A DNA stretch of 64,000 nt, from contig CBDVDR010000002.1 in the NCBI GenBank assembly GCA_965372795.1, positions 192,001 through 256,000 of the forward strand, given 5' to 3'. Below, piece after piece: positions 28,470 to 38,413 of this stretch (positions within the stretch are counted from its first letter, which is position 1; every line of letters starts with the position of its first letter). The stretch is from an uncultured bacterium (GTDB lineage: Bacteria > Zixibacteria > MSB-5A5 > GN15 > FEB-12). Under the pieces are notes generated by a model. The model was not told the DNA's origin, did not search any database, and saw only the letters and a list, made by a program, of their open reading frames with translations. A program made the translations under genes and the position numbers.

Positions 28470-29791
28470 TAAATGCTTTCTAATCTCTGGGCGACAAATT
28501 CAGCAAGTCGCTTATGCAAATCTTCCGGAGTTTGATTCAGGGTTGCCTCAGCAAAACCGCTGACAATCATTTTCACCGCTTCTTTTTTTGAAATCCCTCG
28601 GGCGTTGAGATAAAAGATTGATTCATCATCAATCGGTCCGATGGTTGCACCATGGGAACAACTGACATCCTCATTTAGAATCTCAAGTTCGGGGATAGTC
28701 TCCACGTTTGGTCCGCGGTTGAGTAAAAGATTACGATTTTCCTGATACGCCTCACAGGTTTTGGCATCATTTTCAATTCTGATTAAACCGGTATAGGCGG
28801 ATAAGGCTTTGTCTTTCAGCACAACTTTCAGGTTAATATTAGAAGTTGTTTTGCCTGCAGAATGATGATGCAAAGTATGATTATCAAAGTGCTGTCTGGC
28901 AGAGCCGAATATAAAGCCATACATATTACTATCAGCACCTTCACCGGCAAGGTTGACACCAAAATTTTGTTTATTCAAAGCGGCGCCAAAGACAAGCGGG
29001 ATAGTAAGCATTCGGGCATCTTTTTCGATTTTTGCTCTATGAGTTAAAAACGAATTAGTTGCCATTCCCTGTCTTTGAAGAGAGATATACCTGATCAGAC
29101 TATTTTGTAGTCCGAAAATCTCAACCGCACAGTTGGCAAAACTGAAGGCATTGTCTAAATCGGAAGAACCGCCCGCATATTCATCAATAAGGGTCAGTTC
29201 GGAATTTTCATCAGCAACGACCAGTAACCGATGAAATGTTGCTGATGAATTTCCACCAGCTTCTCTAAAGAGATGGATAGGTTTATCAATCGTAATACCT
29301 TTTGGAATAAACAGGAAAATGCCGTCATTCCATAAGGCACCGTTCATAGCTTCAAATTTACCAGAGTCTTTGTTTATAAGCTGGTATAAATACGGTTCTA
29401 CCAGAGTATGATGTTTTTCAATAGCATCGGAAAGGGAGCAGGCAATGACTCCTTTTGCCAGTACATCATCCATGCCAATAAATTTAATTTCACGACCGCC
29501 AAAGTCAGTAACCAGACCGGCAATTGAACCGTTTTCAAGTTGAGACTTGGCAATTTTGGCAACTGTTTCGTTTTTATCATTAAAGGCGGTATCGCTTACG
29601 GAGTTGAAATCGAACATGAATTTGTTCGGATCAGTATATCGCCATAAATGTACACCGCGAGGGGGGAGAGGCGACTCGTTGAAGAGTTCTCTCGATTGGT
29701 GGCGTTTTTCACGCAACCATAATGAACCTCGGGATAGTTCCGGAGAAAGTTCCGGGATTATAACTTCATTATTTTTGATGTCTTTATTCAT
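28469..29791 (-). CDS. sufD: Fe-S assembly protein SufD
   Basis: WRYTD, PELEI..DVSCSHGATIG, FYLNARG. Confidence 0.94.
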   Translation of the reverse strand: MNKDIKNNEVIIPELSPELSRGSLWLREKRHQSRELFNESPLPPRGVHLWRYTDPNKFMFDFNSVSDTAFNDKNETVAKIAKSQLENGSIAGLVTDFGGREIKFIGMDDVLAKGVIACSLSDAIEKHHTLVEPYLYQLINKDSGKFEAMNGALWNDGIFLFIPKGITIDKPIHLFREAGGNSSATFHRLLVVADENSELTLIDEYAGGSSDLDNAFSFANCAVEIFGLQNSLIRYISLQRQGMATNSFLTHRAKIEKDARMLTIPLVFGAALNKQNFGVNLAGEGADSNMYGFIFGSARQHFDNHTLHHHSAGKTTSNINLKVVLKDKALSAYTGLIRIENDAKTCEAYQENRNLLLNRGPNVETIPELEILNEDVSCSHGATIGPIDDESIFYLNARGISKKEAVKMIVSGFAEATLNQTPEDLHKRLAEFVAQRLESI

Positions 29792-29794
29792 AAA

Positions 29795-31228
29795 TTATCC
29801 TATTGAACCTTCCATCTCAAGCTCGATTAACCGATTAAGTTCGACCGCATATTCCAAAGGCAGTTCTTTGGTAAAGGGTTCCATAAATCCATTCACAATT
29901 AACAAGCGGGCTTCATCTTCGGTCAAGCCGCGACTGGTCAGATAAAAGAGCTGTTCTTCAGCAACTTTTGAAACCCGAGCTTCATGTTCAACCCTAACTT
30001 GATCGTTATCAATTTCCATAGTTGGATAAGTGTCCGAACGAGCTTCATTGCCAATTAATAAAGCATCACATTCAACAGACACTTTGGAGTTCTTGGCATT
30101 TTTGTGGATTTTGACAAGACCACGGTAGGAAGCCCGGCCGTTATCTTTTGAGATAGATTTTGAAGTAACTCTTGATGATGTATTCGGAGCGGCATGGATT
30201 ACTTTCGAACCGGCATCCTGATGCTGGTCAATTCCTGCAAAAGCTACCGAAAGAATTTCACCTCTTGCACCTTCACCCAAAAGCTGGATGCAAGGGTATT
30301 TCATTGTCAATCTTGAGCCAAGATTACCATCAACCCATTCGACCGTTGCATTTTTATAAGCAGCCGCTCTTTTGGTGACCAGATTAAAGATATTCCGTGA
30401 CCAGTTTTGAATCGTTGTATATCTGATGTATGAGTTTTCTTCCGCTCTTAGTTCTACTACTGCAGAGTGGAGCGAACTTGAGGAATAAACCGGTGCCGTA
30501 CAACCTTCAATGTAATGAACCTTTGAATCTTTATCAGCAATAATCAGGGTTCTTTCGAATTGACCCATATTTTCAGCGTTAATTCTGAAGTATGCCTGCA
30601 GCGGAGCTTTCACATCAATGCCCGGAGGGACATAAATGAATGAACCACCCGACCATACGGCAGTATTTAAAGCCGCAAATTTATTGTCAGCCGATGGAAT
30701 GACTGATCCGAAGTATTTATGAACAACTTCTTCTTGTTCTCTCAAAGCACTATCCATGTCAAGAAAGATGATACCTTGTTTTACTAAATCTTCTTTCATG
30801 GAGTGATAGACAACTTCCGATTCATATTGAGCCGAAACACCGCCCAAAAACTTCTGTTCAGCTTCGGGGATGCCTAATTTGTCAAACGTGTTTTTAATAT
30901 ATTCAGGCACGTCATCCCAGTTATCTTCTGTTTTTTCTACCGGCTTCATGTAGTAATAAATATTATCAAAATCGATTTCGCTAATGAGATCAGTATTACC
31001 CCATTTAGGATTCGGTTTGGAATAAAAAATGTCGAGAGCTTCGTGACGTTTTTCAGCCATCCATTTCGGCTCTTTTTTCTTTTGAGAAATCATTTCCACA
31101 ACTTCATGGCTCAGACCTTTTGCACCTTTGTGGAAATAATCAACAGGATCGTGGAAACCATACTTGGTTGCATAGTCCTGATTTAGATTAGCAAGGTCTT
31201 TGTTTCTATTCTTTATTTTTTCAGACAT
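29795..31228 (-). CDS. sufB: Fe-S assembly protein SufB
   Basis: [31 protein letters not shown]; start adjusted to MSEKIK. Confidence 0.97.
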   Translation of the reverse strand: MSEKIKNRNKDLANLNQDYATKYGFHDPVDYFHKGAKGLSHEVVEMISQKKKEPKWMAEKRHEALDIFYSKPNPKWGNTDLISEIDFDNIYYYMKPVEKTEDNWDDVPEYIKNTFDKLGIPEAEQKFLGGVSAQYESEVVYHSMKEDLVKQGIIFLDMDSALREQEEVVHKYFGSVIPSADNKFAALNTAVWSGGSFIYVPPGIDVKAPLQAYFRINAENMGQFERTLIIADKDSKVHYIEGCTAPVYSSSSLHSAVVELRAEENSYIRYTTIQNWSRNIFNLVTKRAAAYKNATVEWVDGNLGSRLTMKYPCIQLLGEGARGEILSVAFAGIDQHQDAGSKVIHAAPNTSSRVTSKSISKDNGRASYRGLVKIHKNAKNSKVSVECDALLIGNEARSDTYPTMEIDNDQVRVEHEARVSKVAEEQLFYLTSRGLTEDEARLLIVNGFMEPFTKELPLEYAVELNRLIELEMEGSIG

Positions 31229-31229
31229 G

Positions 31230-32000
31230 TTAAGCTCCAATAGCCTGGTCTTTGACGTTTGTAACCCAATCGTAACCTTGATCTTCAAGTTTCAAGGCAA
31301 GTTCCGGTCCGCCCGAGGTGACAAATTTGCCATCCACCATGACATGAACGTAATCAGGTTTAACATAATTTAAAAGACGCTGATAATGGGTTATGAGAAG
31401 TATTGCATTATTGTCATTGTGGTATCGGTTGATACCTTCTGACACTACTTTTAATGCATCGATATCGAGCCCGGAATCAGTTTCATCAAGTAAAGATACT
31501 TTTGGATTCAGCATAGACATTTGAAGAATTTCCACTCTTTTTTTCTCGCCGCCGGAAAATCCGTCATTTATGTAACGGGTTGCAAAAGCCGGATCAACGG
31601 AAAGGTCAGCCATTTCTTTTTTCAGACGTTTTCTGAAATCAGACATATCGGCATCGGCTCCACGGTGAGCTTGTACAGCGGCTCTTAAAAAGTTAGCGAC
31701 TGATACACCGGGGATAGCCAGCGGATATTGAAAGGCAAGAAACAAGCCGGAGCGTGAGCGTTCATCAGCAGACATATCAAGAACTGATTTACCTTCAATG
31801 AAAACTTCACCTTTAGTGATTTGATAAGACGGGTGTCCCATCAAAGCGTTTGAAAGTGAAGATTTGCCGGAACCATTCGGTCCCATAATGGCATGAATTT
31901 CTCCGGGATACATTGCCAGAGAAACACCATTAACTATTTTTTTACCTTCTATTTCTACATGAACATCTTTGAATTCAAAGATTGCTTTTCTATCTGACAT
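31230..32000 (-). CDS. sufC: Fe-S assembly ATPase SufC
   Basis: [31 protein letters not shown]. Confidence 0.97.
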   Translation of the reverse strand: MSDRKAIFEFKDVHVEIEGKKIVNGVSLAMYPGEIHAIMGPNGSGKSSLSNALMGHPSYQITKGEVFIEGKSVLDMSADERSRSGLFLAFQYPLAIPGVSVANFLRAAVQAHRGADADMSDFRKRLKKEMADLSVDPAFATRYINDGFSGGEKKRVEILQMSMLNPKVSLLDETDSGLDIDALKVVSEGINRYHNDNNAILLITHYQRLLNYVKPDYVHVMVDGKFVTSGGPELALKLEDQGYDWVTNVKDQAIGA

Positions 32001-32552
32001 TTAAATGTCCTTTTCAATATGTTCGGGTTGTTTTTTTTCTAAATTTATTTCACTATTATTATTTTTAAAATATTCTTCAAATGAAGGCTGGGCGCTTAAA
32101 TCAACTTTCGATTCGATTGTTTTTACTCTTTGAAGAATATCGCCGTTAAGTATATCAGTTAAGGAAGTTTCAGTCAGGTAATCACCGATATAACCGGCCA
32201 GACCACTTAAAACATATTTCACGGTGCAGTCCTTGTCGTGAACACAGGTATCTAACTGTCCGGAAAATTTTTCGCAATGATCAGAATCTATTAGTGGACC
32301 GCCCAGAGCAGTAATGACTTCCAATAAGTTAATCTGTTCCGGTTCTCTTGTAATACAAAAACCACCGCCTCTGCCACGAACGGCATTAACTAATTTTGCC
32401 TTTCGTAAAATAGCTAATAATTTAGAGGCATAAGGGACAGACAGTCCTTCTTTTTTGGCAATATCAGATATTGACATTTGCCCCGTAGTGCCGACTTTGG
32501 CAAGGGTTAACAAACATCTTAATCCATATTCTTCTAAGGCCGAAATTCTCAT
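32001..32552 (-). CDS. Rrf2-family regulator with three Cys (Fe-S sensor)
   Basis: EYGLR, wHTH, RGRGGGF, C-x9-C-x5-C. Confidence 0.93.
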   Translation of the reverse strand: MRISALEEYGLRCLLTLAKVGTTGQMSISDIAKKEGLSVPYASKLLAILRKAKLVNAVRGRGGGFCITREPEQINLLEVITALGGPLIDSDHCEKFSGQLDTCVHDKDCTVKYVLSGLAGYIGDYLTETSLTDILNGDILQRVKTIESKVDLSAQPSFEEYFKNNNSEINLEKKQPEHIEKDI

Positions 32553-32596
32553 AGTTTAAACCAGTCCATTTTAAAATTCATACCAGAATAGTTAAT

Positions 32597-32614
32597 CTTT
32601 ACAAAAATGTAAAG
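32597..32614. promoter_or_regulatory. Palindromic candidate operator upstream of rrf2-suf
   Basis: CTTTACA-AAAA-TGTAAAG perfect inverted repeat. Confidence 0.45.
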
Positions 32615-32757
32615 TATTATCTTTTAAAACTTTAAAATTAATTATTTGTTCCCAAATTGGAGATTTTATGGTACTTTCAAGATTAATAAAATACCTTTAT
32701 TCTATTTGAGAAAATAGAGAGTATAAGCATAAGGGTCAGAGTGACAGCAACATAAGG

Positions 32758-33324
32758 TTGCGATTGGGAGATGAGATCGACTTAACAAATATTATAGCAT
32801 TGGCTTTTGCCCTCGCTTTTGATGCTTTTGGAGTAGCAATAGCGGTTGGCATTCAACTTGGAAATTTGGATCGCTGGACAATATTTAGATTATCTTTTCA
32901 TTTTGGTTTTTCTCAGTTTGGGATGCCGATTATCGGTTTTTATGCCGGTAGTACTGTTTTGGGCTTTTTAGGTCAATATGGCAATTGGGCGGCAGCCTTG
33001 ATATTGTTCATAATCGGGGTGCATTTAATCTGGGAACAGTTTAATCCCGAAGAAAGAAAATGGAAAGGTGATCCGACTCGTGGGGGATCATTATTATTTT
33101 TGATGTTTGCAACCTCAATTGATGCTCTTGCAGCCGGATTTTCACTTGCTTTGGTAGGCATTCAAATTTTGTATCCGACCTTGATAATCGGAGTTGTAGC
33201 TGCGGTTATGACAATATTGGGACTGATTTTTGGTAACAAAATGGGGTTAAAATTCAGTAAAATCGCCGGAATTATCGGCGGAGTTATTTTGATATTGATT
33301 TCATTTAAATCAGTTATCTTTTAA
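32758..33324 (+). CDS. mntP: Manganese efflux pump MntP family
   Basis: ALAFDAFGVA, FHFGFSQ..MP, ATSIDALAAG; start codon uncertain. Confidence 0.9.
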   Translation: MRLGDEIDLTNIIALAFALAFDAFGVAIAVGIQLGNLDRWTIFRLSFHFGFSQFGMPIIGFYAGSTVLGFLGQYGNWAAALILFIIGVHLIWEQFNPEERKWKGDPTRGGSLLFLMFATSIDALAAGFSLALVGIQILYPTLIIGVVAAVMTILGLIFGNKMGLKFSKIAGIIGGVILILISFKSVIF

Positions 33325-33743
33325 AAATAAGTTGAGGTTATTTTTACAGGTTCCAGATCTGGATCAGAGGCGTGTAATAACCAATTGACTCCAATACGTT
33401 CCCAATCAGATTCGGTTGAGGCATCAATATAACGCTCCCATTCATAAATGCCTGATTGCTTTGCGATTTCTTGAAATTGGCGTTTAACGATAGGACTATT
33501 TAGTATGACAACCGAGCGAACCATGCCCCGCTCTTTATAAAGCCGTTGACCTTCATCAAATTTGTTTCTTGTCATGATTGAAATTGGTTTTATATTTCTC
33601 ATATCGACTAAGACAAAAAAGTCTTCAGAAGTATCCGGGAGAGTTAATTTTGACTCATTCAGCCACTCATTCATCTGGTCAATATTCACAACATCTTCAA
33701 ATATCAATTTGAAACCAAACTCTGTTTTTTCAATTTTTGTCAT
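33321..33743 (-). CDS. Hypothetical protein (possible STAS/SpoIIAA-like alpha/beta fold)
   Basis: GGAGG upstream on the minus strand; FFVLVDMR...RSVVIL pattern. Confidence 0.65.
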   Translation of the reverse strand: MTKIEKTEFGFKLIFEDVVNIDQMNEWLNESKLTLPDTSEDFFVLVDMRNIKPISIMTRNKFDEGQRLYKERGMVRSVVILNSPIVKRQFQEIAKQSGIYEWERYIDASTESDWERIGVNWLLHASDPDLEPVKITSTYF

Positions 33744-33889
33744 AATTCGTTAATTAGTCCTCCATTATTTATATCGGACAGTATGGTCTGGACTTTAACC
33801 GGTTAATTGTTAACTATTTATAAGACAGATGCAGTCACAATGTAAATGGTTTTTTTGTGTGCAAAACCAGGTTAAAATGTAAAAATGAG

Positions 33890-33918
33890 TTGCCAGCGGA
33901 GAGGGGATAGGTTATTAT
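33890..33918 (+). promoter_or_regulatory. Sigma70-type promoter of the ior-buk-ptb operon
   Basis: TTGCCA-17 nt-TATTAT. Confidence 0.65.
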
Positions 33919-33935
33919 TGTGAAATTATTCACAG
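33918..33935. promoter_or_regulatory. Rex-like operator
   Basis: TTGTGAA-ATTA-TTCACAG versus the Rex consensus TTGTGAA-N4-TTCACAA (one mismatch). Confidence 0.7.
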
Positions 33936-33985
33936 GAATTTGTGAAGTAAGAATTTATATATTTAAAAATAAGAGAGATTTTTTT

Positions 33986-35767
33986 ATGAAGGAATTATTA
34001 TCAGGAAATGAGGCAATCGCCCGAGGTGCCTTTGAGGCAGGGGTCAAACTTGCGGTTGCTTACCCGGGAACACCCTCGACAGAAATTTTAGAAACATTGG
34101 CGGCCAAATTCCCATCAATTTATTCTCAATGGTCTCCCAATGAAAAGGTTGCTTACGAAGTAGGAATCGGGGCGTCAGTCGGCGGTGCAAGAACCTTAGT
34201 AGCCATGAAACATGTGGGGCTGAACGTTGCCGCTGATCCGTTTATGACTCAGGCATATACCGGAGTTAATGGCGGATTTGTAATTGTAAATTGTGATGAT
34301 CCGGAAATGCATTCATCTCAAAATGAACAGGATAACAGATATTTCGCGAGATTTGCTCAGATTCCGGTATTGGAACCATCTGACAGCCAGGAAGCTAAAG
34401 AGATGATGATCAAGGCGTATGAAATTTCTGAAGAATTTGATGTGGCGGTAATGCTTCGTTTAACGACCAGAATATCTCACTCCAAAGGCATCGTGGAAAT
34501 TGGAGATCAAATTTCCTATACCGAGAGAAAATTTGCAAAGGACCCTTCGAAATATGTCATGATTCCGTCCAATGCCCGGAAAAGGCATGTGATTGTTAAT
34601 GAACGGGTAAAAAGACTTGAAGAGTATTGTGAGAATTCACCGTTTAATTTTGTTGAAAAAAACGGTTCGAAACTTGGAATAATTTCATCCGGAGTCGCCT
34701 ATCAATATGCCAAAGAGGTTGCCCCTGATTTTGATTATTTTAAAATCGGAATCGGGTATCCACTGCCTTTGAAAAAAATAAAAGAATTTATTGAGAGTCA
34801 TGATCAGGTTGTCGTGATAGAAGAGCTTGAACCTTTTTATGAAGATCAACTGAACGCCGCCGGCATGAATATTGAAGGTAAAAAATATTTTGGGAATCTG
34901 GGCGAAATGTCGCCGCATCGGGTTGCTGAAGGATTAAAAGAAGCCGGATTTATTAACGATGTTGCTCTGGCTGAGATTGCTCCTGAAAAAGATATGTTCC
35001 CCAGACCGCCGGTACTTTGTCCGGGATGTCCGCATCGCGGAGCCTTTATGGCTTTGAAAAAACTCGGAGTAACAGTTACCGGTGATATCGGCTGTTATAC
35101 ACTTGGTGTTTTAGAACCTTTGAATGCAATGGACACCTGCATTTGTATGGGAGCTTCAATCGGTACTGCTATTGGAATGGAAAAAGTACAGGGATCAGAA
35201 AAAGGAACCGTGGCGGTTATCGGTGATTCAACCTTTTTGCATTCGGGTATAACCGGACTTTTAGATGCCGTCTATAATAAAAGTAATGTTACGGTTATAA
35301 TTCTTGATAACAGTGCCACGGCAATGACCGGCGGACAAGAGCATCCGGCAACCGGATTTACATTGATGGGCGAAGAAGCCGGAAAAGTTGATCTCAAAGC
35401 GATCTGTCGAGCCGTTGGCGTAAAACGGATTGTTGATCTTGACCCTTATGATAATGCTGCAACGATGAAAGCTATCAAAGAAGAGATGGCAGCCAAGGAA
35501 ACTTCGGTAATTATCACTTCCCGTCCCTGTGTTCTGATGCCAAAGCGTATAATGGAAGAACCTTACGCAGTTGATATGGAACTTTGCAACGGTTGTTCGG
35601 CTTGTTTCAGAATATCCTGTCCGGCGATTTCAGCAGCTGCTGAACTTAACGAACATGGCAAACCAAAAGCTATTATTGATGAAACAGTTTGTACCGGTTG
35701 TACACTTTGTGCCCAGGTTTGTCCCACTGAAGCAATTCTACTTAAAAGCCAGTTTGTGAAAGGTTAA
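33986..35767 (+). CDS. iorA: Indolepyruvate:ferredoxin oxidoreductase alpha subunit
   Basis: GNEAIARG, YPGTPSTE, MKHVGLNVAAD, CPGCPH, GDIGC, GDSTF, two C-terminal 4Fe-4S motifs; start adjusted to MKELL. Confidence 0.95.
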   Translation: MKELLSGNEAIARGAFEAGVKLAVAYPGTPSTEILETLAAKFPSIYSQWSPNEKVAYEVGIGASVGGARTLVAMKHVGLNVAADPFMTQAYTGVNGGFVIVNCDDPEMHSSQNEQDNRYFARFAQIPVLEPSDSQEAKEMMIKAYEISEEFDVAVMLRLTTRISHSKGIVEIGDQISYTERKFAKDPSKYVMIPSNARKRHVIVNERVKRLEEYCENSPFNFVEKNGSKLGIISSGVAYQYAKEVAPDFDYFKIGIGYPLPLKKIKEFIESHDQVVVIEELEPFYEDQLNAAGMNIEGKKYFGNLGEMSPHRVAEGLKEAGFINDVALAEIAPEKDMFPRPPVLCPGCPHRGAFMALKKLGVTVTGDIGCYTLGVLEPLNAMDTCICMGASIGTAIGMEKVQGSEKGTVAVIGDSTFLHSGITGLLDAVYNKSNVTVIILDNSATAMTGGQEHPATGFTLMGEEAGKVDLKAICRAVGVKRIVDLDPYDNAATMKAIKEEMAAKETSVIITSRPCVLMPKRIMEEPYAVDMELCNGCSACFRISCPAISAAAELNEHGKPKAIIDETVCTGCTLCAQVCPTEAILLKSQFVKG

Positions 35768-35776
35768 GGTAAAACA

Positions 35777-36379
35777 ATGAGTAAAAATAATTATAATATA
35801 TTGATTGTCGGTGTTGGCGGTCAGGGCGTTTTGCTGGCATCGGAGATTCTTTCTGAAGTTTCAATGAGGCATGGATTTGATGTAAAAAAATCTGAAGTCC
35901 ATGGCATGTCCCAACGCGGTGGCGTAGTATCCTCGCATGTTAAGATCGCATCCAAAGTTTATTCTCCGACTATTCAACATGGGCAGGCAGATATTCTGAT
36001 GTCGTTTGAACAGGCGGAAGGTTTGCGGGCTTTGGACTGGATGAAAAAAGACGGGTTGGCTGCAATTTCAACGACAACACTTATTCCGGCGATTGTGACC
36101 TCTTCAAAAAATTTAACCTACCCTGAAAATGCCATTGAGCTAATGAAAAAAAAATGCAACAATGTTGTTTCGGTTGAAGGTGATAAAATTGCCGGTGAAT
36201 TAGGCAATCCTCGTCTGGTAAATACAATTTTAATCGGGGTTATTTCGAACCACCTGCCGTTCCCACTGGAATTATGGGAAGAAGTGATTAAATCAAAAGT
36301 AAAAGCAAGATTTGTAGATATAAACCTGAAGGCTTTTGCCAGAGGCAGAGCAATCAAAATTGAAACAGTAACAGCTTAG
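35777..36379 (+). CDS. iorB: Indolepyruvate oxidoreductase beta subunit
   Basis: GVGGQG, EVHGMSQRGG. Confidence 0.95.
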   Translation: MSKNNYNILIVGVGGQGVLLASEILSEVSMRHGFDVKKSEVHGMSQRGGVVSSHVKIASKVYSPTIQHGQADILMSFEQAEGLRALDWMKKDGLAAISTTTLIPAIVTSSKNLTYPENAIELMKKKCNNVVSVEGDKIAGELGNPRLVNTILIGVISNHLPFPLELWEEVIKSKVKARFVDINLKAFARGRAIKIETVTA

Positions 36380-36386
36380 GTGCATT

Positions 36387-37454
36387 ATGGCGGACTATTT
36401 ATTAATAATAAATCCCGGTTCGACTTCGACCAAAGCAGCCCTGTTTGATGGCCAGAAAAAAATAGCTGAAGAATCTATTCGCCACGACCATACTGAATTA
36501 GGCAAGTTTGATAATGTTGCCGACCAGTTTGATTTTCGAATGGAAGCAATCAACAAATGGATCGAGTCACTTGATTTTGATTCAGCTCAGTTGAAAGCAG
36601 TCGTTGGCCGAGGGGCGCCGCTTAAACCGCTTGAAGGCGGTTCTTATTCGATCAGCGCTCAATTGCTTGATGATTTGAAAACAATGAAATATTCAAATCA
36701 TGCTTCTAATTTAGGATCAATTATTGCAAACCATCTTGGTGGAAAATATGATGTGCCGGCTTTGATTTCTGACCCGATTACCGTTGATAATTTTACCGAA
36801 GTTGCCCGAATCAGCGGAGTGCCGGAAATTCCCCGTAAATGCCGGGTTCATGCGCTGAATATAAAAGAAGTTTGTCGGCGGGAAGCATCCAGGATCAACA
36901 AGAAGCTTGATGAAGTAAATTATGTCGCGGTACACATGGGCGGTGGAATTTCTATCGCAGCCTTGAAGGGTGGACGGGTTGTTGATGTCAACGATGCTTT
37001 GTTAGGGATGGGTCCATTCTCACCGGATAGAGCCGGAGCGGTTCCGATCGGCGGATTGGTGGAACTTTGTTACAGCGGGAAATATTCTGAAAAAGAATTG
37101 ATAGCAAAACTTTCAAAACAATCAGGATTAGTTGCCTATATTGGTAAAGCTGATTTGATTGAGGTTGAAAAGATGATAGATGCCGGCGATGAAAAAGCAT
37201 TGCTTCATTTTAACGCTATGGCATATCAGATCGCTAAAGAAATCGGAGCCATGGCAACCGTTCTTAAGGGAAATTTTGAAGCGATTGTTTTAACCGGCGG
37301 AATGGCGAACTCAAAGCGTCTGACGGATGAAATTAAAAAATATGTTTCATGTCATGGGGATGTAATTGTTGTTCCCGGTGAATTTGAAATGGAAGCATTA
37401 GCTGCGGCGGGATGCAGATTTTTAAATGATGAAGAAAAATTAAAGGAATATTAA
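36387..37454 (+). CDS. buk: Butyrate (branched-chain carboxylate) kinase
   Basis: INPGSTSTK, HASNLG, HALN, HMGGGIS, GPFSPDRAG, PGE.EMEAL. Confidence 0.95.
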   Translation: MADYLLIINPGSTSTKAALFDGQKKIAEESIRHDHTELGKFDNVADQFDFRMEAINKWIESLDFDSAQLKAVVGRGAPLKPLEGGSYSISAQLLDDLKTMKYSNHASNLGSIIANHLGGKYDVPALISDPITVDNFTEVARISGVPEIPRKCRVHALNIKEVCRREASRINKKLDEVNYVAVHMGGGISIAALKGGRVVDVNDALLGMGPFSPDRAGAVPIGGLVELCYSGKYSEKELIAKLSKQSGLVAYIGKADLIEVEKMIDAGDEKALLHFNAMAYQIAKEIGAMATVLKGNFEAIVLTGGMANSKRLTDEIKKYVSCHGDVIVVPGEFEMEALAAAGCRFLNDEEKLKEY

Positions 37455-37459
37455 ACAAT

Positions 37460-38410
37460 ATGACTTTGAAACCTATTACATCTTCTGATATGCTGATTGA
37501 ACAGGCAATTGCGGTTGCTAATGACGGTCGTAAAAAAACGGTCGTTGTTGCCGGTGCTGAGGATATTGATGTTGTTGATGCTTTGGTTCAATCGGAGTCG
37601 CTCGGTTTCCTTGATGGGATTTTAGTTGGTGACGCTAAAAAAATAGCGAGTCTTGCCAAAGAAAAAAATCTTGATCTGAGCCGAATGGAAATTATTGACG
37701 AAGTTGATGTCAATAAAGCCGCCCATAAAGCAATCTCGCTTGCCGCTGAAAAAAAAGCAGATGCGGTGATGAAAGGTTTTTTACCAACCTCGGCATTGTT
37801 AAAAGTTGTGCTCGATAAACAGTATGATCTAAGAGGGAAGAAGTCACTTTCACATTGTGCGGTATTGGATCTTCCCGGTTATCATAAATTGTTGAATCTG
37901 ACCGATGGCGGGATGATAGTTAAGCCCAATCAGGAACAAAAATATGAAATTCTTGAAAACGCTGTTTTGGTTTGCAAGGCGCTGAATCTTGAGCCGGTAA
38001 AAATAGCTTTGTCGGGAGCAACCAATAAAGTTACTGATAAAATTCCACATACAAAAACAGATGCTGAGTTTGTTATTCCAAAAGCAAAAGAAAATTTTCC
38101 TGATGTATTGGTCGAGGGTCCGCTTCCGTTTGATATGGCAACTTCAAAACAAGCCGCCGATCATCGGGCATTAGCTGATGGGGTGAGCGGGGATGCTGAT
38201 GTTTATCTGGTAGATTCAATTGAAGAATGCAATCTGATTGCAAAATCATTGATTCAATTTGCACAGGCTGTGTTTGCCGGAGTGATAGTTGGCGCAAAAG
38301 TGCCGGTTTCATTGGTTTCAAGAACCGATACTGCGAAAAATAAAAAAGCGTCACTGGCAATTGCCTGTTTGATGGCTGACTATTATGACCGCAACAAGGT
38401 GTGGGGATAA
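37460..38410 (+). CDS. ptb: Phosphate butyryltransferase-family protein, paralog 1
   Basis: MKG, SHCAV, LTDGG, GPLPFD, LVSRTD. Confidence 0.88.
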   Translation: MTLKPITSSDMLIEQAIAVANDGRKKTVVVAGAEDIDVVDALVQSESLGFLDGILVGDAKKIASLAKEKNLDLSRMEIIDEVDVNKAAHKAISLAAEKKADAVMKGFLPTSALLKVVLDKQYDLRGKKSLSHCAVLDLPGYHKLLNLTDGGMIVKPNQEQKYEILENAVLVCKALNLEPVKIALSGATNKVTDKIPHTKTDAEFVIPKAKENFPDVLVEGPLPFDMATSKQAADHRALADGVSGDADVYLVDSIEECNLIAKSLIQFAQAVFAGVIVGAKVPVSLVSRTDTAKNKKASLAIACLMADYYDRNKVWG

Positions 38411-38413
38411 GCT

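Noticed and set aside
32700..32770. Possible yybP-ykoY manganese riboswitch upstream of mntP
   Set aside because: Only loose fragments (GAGAGTA, CAACATA); I could not build the required helices. An Rfam search would settle it.
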